Shown: positions 60,890 to 64,000 of the stretch, in pieces | Numbering within the stretch: position 1 is the stretch's first letter | Layout: every line of letters starts with the position of its first letter | Assembly (NCBI RefSeq): GCF_026571515.1 | Contig: NW_026866730.1 | Location: 1 to 64,000, forward strand | Length of the DNA stretch: 64,000 nt | Source: Ruditapes philippinarum | Taxonomy: Eukaryota | Reading direction: 5' to 3' | The notes under the pieces: model-generated | What the model saw: the letters and a program-made list of their open reading frames with translations, nothing else | What the model was told of the DNA's origin: nothing | Database searches by the model: none | Translations under genes and position numbers: made by a program

Positions 60890-62104
60890 CTTAACCAGGA
60901 ACACACCTGCATAAGCTTTAACGATCTTTAAATTTCTAATTTAATTGTAGAATAAAATTAAATATCTTAAATAAATCAAATGAAATAAAATGCATTAAAA
61001 AAGATAGGACGTAACCTTATCATTCTTGCCGACGTTCTAACGATATCAAATATAAATAACATGTATAAAGCATCTCAATGTAACTGACTTACCAACTCCG
61101 GGAAGTCGGAATCCAACAAAATGTAATATTATATTCCTACCGTAAATTGTGACTTTGTCTTAAAACAAATCACACATAGTATCAAAATGAATATGAAAAT
61201 TAAATGATATACATCGAAAAGCGTACGCATACTATCCAAGTAATGACAAAAACGCACCGCTCTGTTTTCAGTTTTTCAGTTTTGAAATGGCAGATGTTGC
61301 AATCAGGAATATGTTTACATACGGATTTGTTCTGATCCAGGGCCTATCCTGTACAGGAGATGGATTTAACTTAACAAATATTATTGTCAAGATTTTCATG
61401 AAGCGGGATCATTGTGACCTAATGTCTGAATTCCAATAAATATATTTTGAAGTACACAGTCTTATCTGCTACGATATTTTGAGGATATAGAAGTGATTTG
61501 GCTTAAGTCTTCTGCTTACTAAATAATTGCACGTGCAGGTGTAAGCACGTGCTGGAAACAAGACAAAGAAAAAGAAGTGCATGACTGTTACATTGACAAA
61601 TATGTCAACATTTCAGATGACTGAGAGATTCGCGGAAAACGTGCTATTTATTTGGTTGATAATATCAGACTAAAAGCATCCCATAAACAAGTCAAATAAG
61701 TATATCGATATAAACATTACTTATCACATATCCCGTCCGTTCGGTATCATAATGCAAAGTAGGTATGTATACAAAAAAAATTGTCACATTCGGGCGATTC
61801 AGAAGCATGGCAGCATGGTTCCAATAGATAAGGACAGCAATTCGGATTTATTCGGAAGTTTCCTGGACAATACATCATGTTTCAAGAATTTAATGCCCTC
61901 GAACAATAAATCCGAACCGCTGAAATTCAATTTCAACACGATAAGAATTTAGTACGCCAACAAGTCACGAGGAATTTGGCGTACTCAGTGTCAAATTTGA
62001 TAAAGAAAATTGATCGGTTTTTTCGCACTTTTGTATAAAATGTTGATGCTACTTGATATGAGGGATTATTGTGAGATCAGTATTGATTGAAAAATTGATA
62101 ATAA

Positions 62105-62340
62105 TGAGCCGTGTCATGACAAAACCAACATAGTGGGTTTGCGACCAGCATGGATCCAGACCAGCCTGCGCATCCGCGCAGTCTTATCAGGATCCATGCT
62201 GTTCGCTATCAGTTTCTCTACTTGTAATAGGGTGTGTAAGCGAACAGCATGGATCCTGATCAGACTACGCGGATGCGCAGGCTGGTCTGGATCCATGCTG
62301 GTCGCAAAACCATTATGTTGGTTTTGTCGTGACACGGCTT
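62105..62340. mobile_element. Foldback MITE, near-complete palindrome (arms about 100 bp)
   Basis: TGAGCCGTGTCATGACAAAACCAACATA..GGATCCATGCTGTTCGCT is mirrored by AGCGAACAGCATGGATCC..TATGTTGGTTTTGTCGTGACACGGCT. Same family as 17201-17392. Confidence 0.9.
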
Positions 62341-64000
62341 TTATGAAATTTAGTACAACGAGGTGTTCAGTTGGCGCACTTGTTCACGTATTGCGATTCT
62401 ATGGAACGCCGGGAAAACATAATTTGTTTCAAGATAGCTTTTATCTTTATTGCATATTCTGTTTGATCTACGCGACCTAAAATTGTATTTGACAGAACCT
62501 ACCTTTCATAGAAATTGTGCACTTATTCATGCGTACATCAGAACTCAAAGCATATTTACTTATCCGCAATCAGGTAGATATTTTTTCGACAAACACAAAA
62601 TACCACCTCCCGCAAGGTAAACCCATCAGTAAACAAAGAAAATTACAACATTGTTCAGTAAACTAGAAAACAATAAACGGTTTCGCATTTAGCAAATATA
62701 ACTTTATGATATAACAAGAGATCGTTTGATTTAATTATGTTTGGTGCAGTTTTATTAAAATTAATCAGAAATAAAAGTGAGAGTAGACACATCATCACTG
62801 AAATCCTTCAAAAGTTATGCTGCAAGAACCAAGAATTTCACTGAAAATTTGCCTTAAAAAGGGCATATAGGTGATGATTGCTTCAAAATTCAGTTTCAAC
62901 TTGTACTTTGATATAACATACTTACATATGCCAAATATAAGCACAATCCATGAAATCCATCAAAAGCTATCCTACGGACAGACCGACAGAGTTCAACCTC
63001 GATGTGGGGTTATTCCTTTGATTTGATCTCTAAAATCATTGAAATAACACATAAGCAATCGTTTTTCCCGCAAGTACAGTCTCTACGGATCGAACACGGA
63101 TATTCATCCCTTAGTCCGTAATCATGATAAATGCCACTCTAGTTCGTGCCGACAACGCAATACCAAAATACGCCCAGAGTTTCTTCGGGCATAGGCCTAT
63201 GAAATGTCATAGAACTACATAAATTGGGGATAATAAAGGACCACTCTTCGATTCACCTAATCGGGAGAGTTTAATTGGGTACAAGAACTATGTACTTATG
63301 AATTAAAGTTCATGAATATATTCAAATAAACCACCCGCAAACTGCATTTGAAGGTTTCTCAAACTATAAGTGGATCAATTAGTGAAATCATTTTGAAGAT
63401 GATTAAACAGGGAGTTGATGTCATTCACTGATTTATTATATAATACATTTGCATTGACGGTAGTACTCTTCAAATTGTATATTATACATATTTATCTTTC
63501 ATATTTATTTTAACATTTTATCAGTCGTTTGCCATTCCCTATATCAACGCTTGAAGAAAGTCTAACTACCTTGTCAAATTAAACAAGGCAGTCCTGGTTT
63601 TTCATTATGGCAACTTTGAAGATCACCTGCCTGCACTCTTTAATGTTTGTTTCAATCTTAATTAATAAACGTCTGATATATGGAGATAAATTTTGTTTTC
63701 GGAAAATCGTTTTAGACATGGAAGTCACCCAAAAGCAAACACCGTTTTTAACAAAGCAAGAAAAAAGGGGTAAATTACAAGTTTTAGTTTCCGACCCTTA
63801 CATCAACATGCGATATCAGTTGGCTATTGAATTGGCTCGAACGTACAAGAAGTTAAGGAGTAACTGGCCCTTATTCTTTAATAATTCTTTATCTGTAATA
63901 TAATGTATTCTATCATCAAGAGTCTGTTTATAAACAGAATAAGGTTTTCGCAAAATCACTTTGTTAACTAAATATAGTACGTAATATTTTCAAGAGCTAC

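Noticed and set aside
62114-62480. ORFs of 73 and 115 aa on opposite strands
   Set aside because: They overlap the palindromic MITE and are mirror-image translations with no coding signal.
63607-63903. 98-aa ORF near the window end
   Set aside because: No recognisable motif, composition matches non-coding AT-rich DNA and there are no supporting splice partners.

Overview
This is AT-rich eukaryotic genomic DNA with spliceosomal GT-AG introns. The repeat landscape looks like a mollusc, most likely a bivalve (inferred from repeat types, not proven). I reconstructed four protein-coding genes by hand, each with consistent intron phases: (1) SHC1-like adaptor, + strand, 12 coding exons, 1899-21160, about 481 aa; (2) mitochondrial ribosomal protein MRPS30/mL65, - strand, 4 exons, 41701-37094, about 488 aa; (3) SLC22/organic cation transporter-like MFS protein, + strand, 11 exons, 44050-51944, about 584 aa; (4) an unrecognised coiled-coil plus disordered protein, - strand, 2 exons, 57249-55237, about 510 aa. 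Introns and intergenic DNA are dense with mobile elements: a 4.5-kb Ty3/Gypsy (Mag/Steamer-like) LTR element with a 5-bp TSD, whose interior appears corrupted by sequencing error; at least eight Helentron-associated/DINE-1-like non-autonomous elements carrying satellite cargo; hAT-, Mutator- and Tc1/mariner-like MITEs; foldback MITEs; CR1-group LINE fragments; tRNA-derived SINE remnants; and minisatellites. The most notable observations are a transposon-borne array of 7 perfect estrogen response elements in SHC intron 1, a tandem array born from the SHC stop-codon region, a 34-bp TSD-flanked palindromic micro-element, clusters of TA-NNNN-TA palindromes near promoters, and a LINE inserted about 84 bp upstream of the MRPS30 ATG. 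I cannot claim a proven new biological system; these are hypotheses to test.
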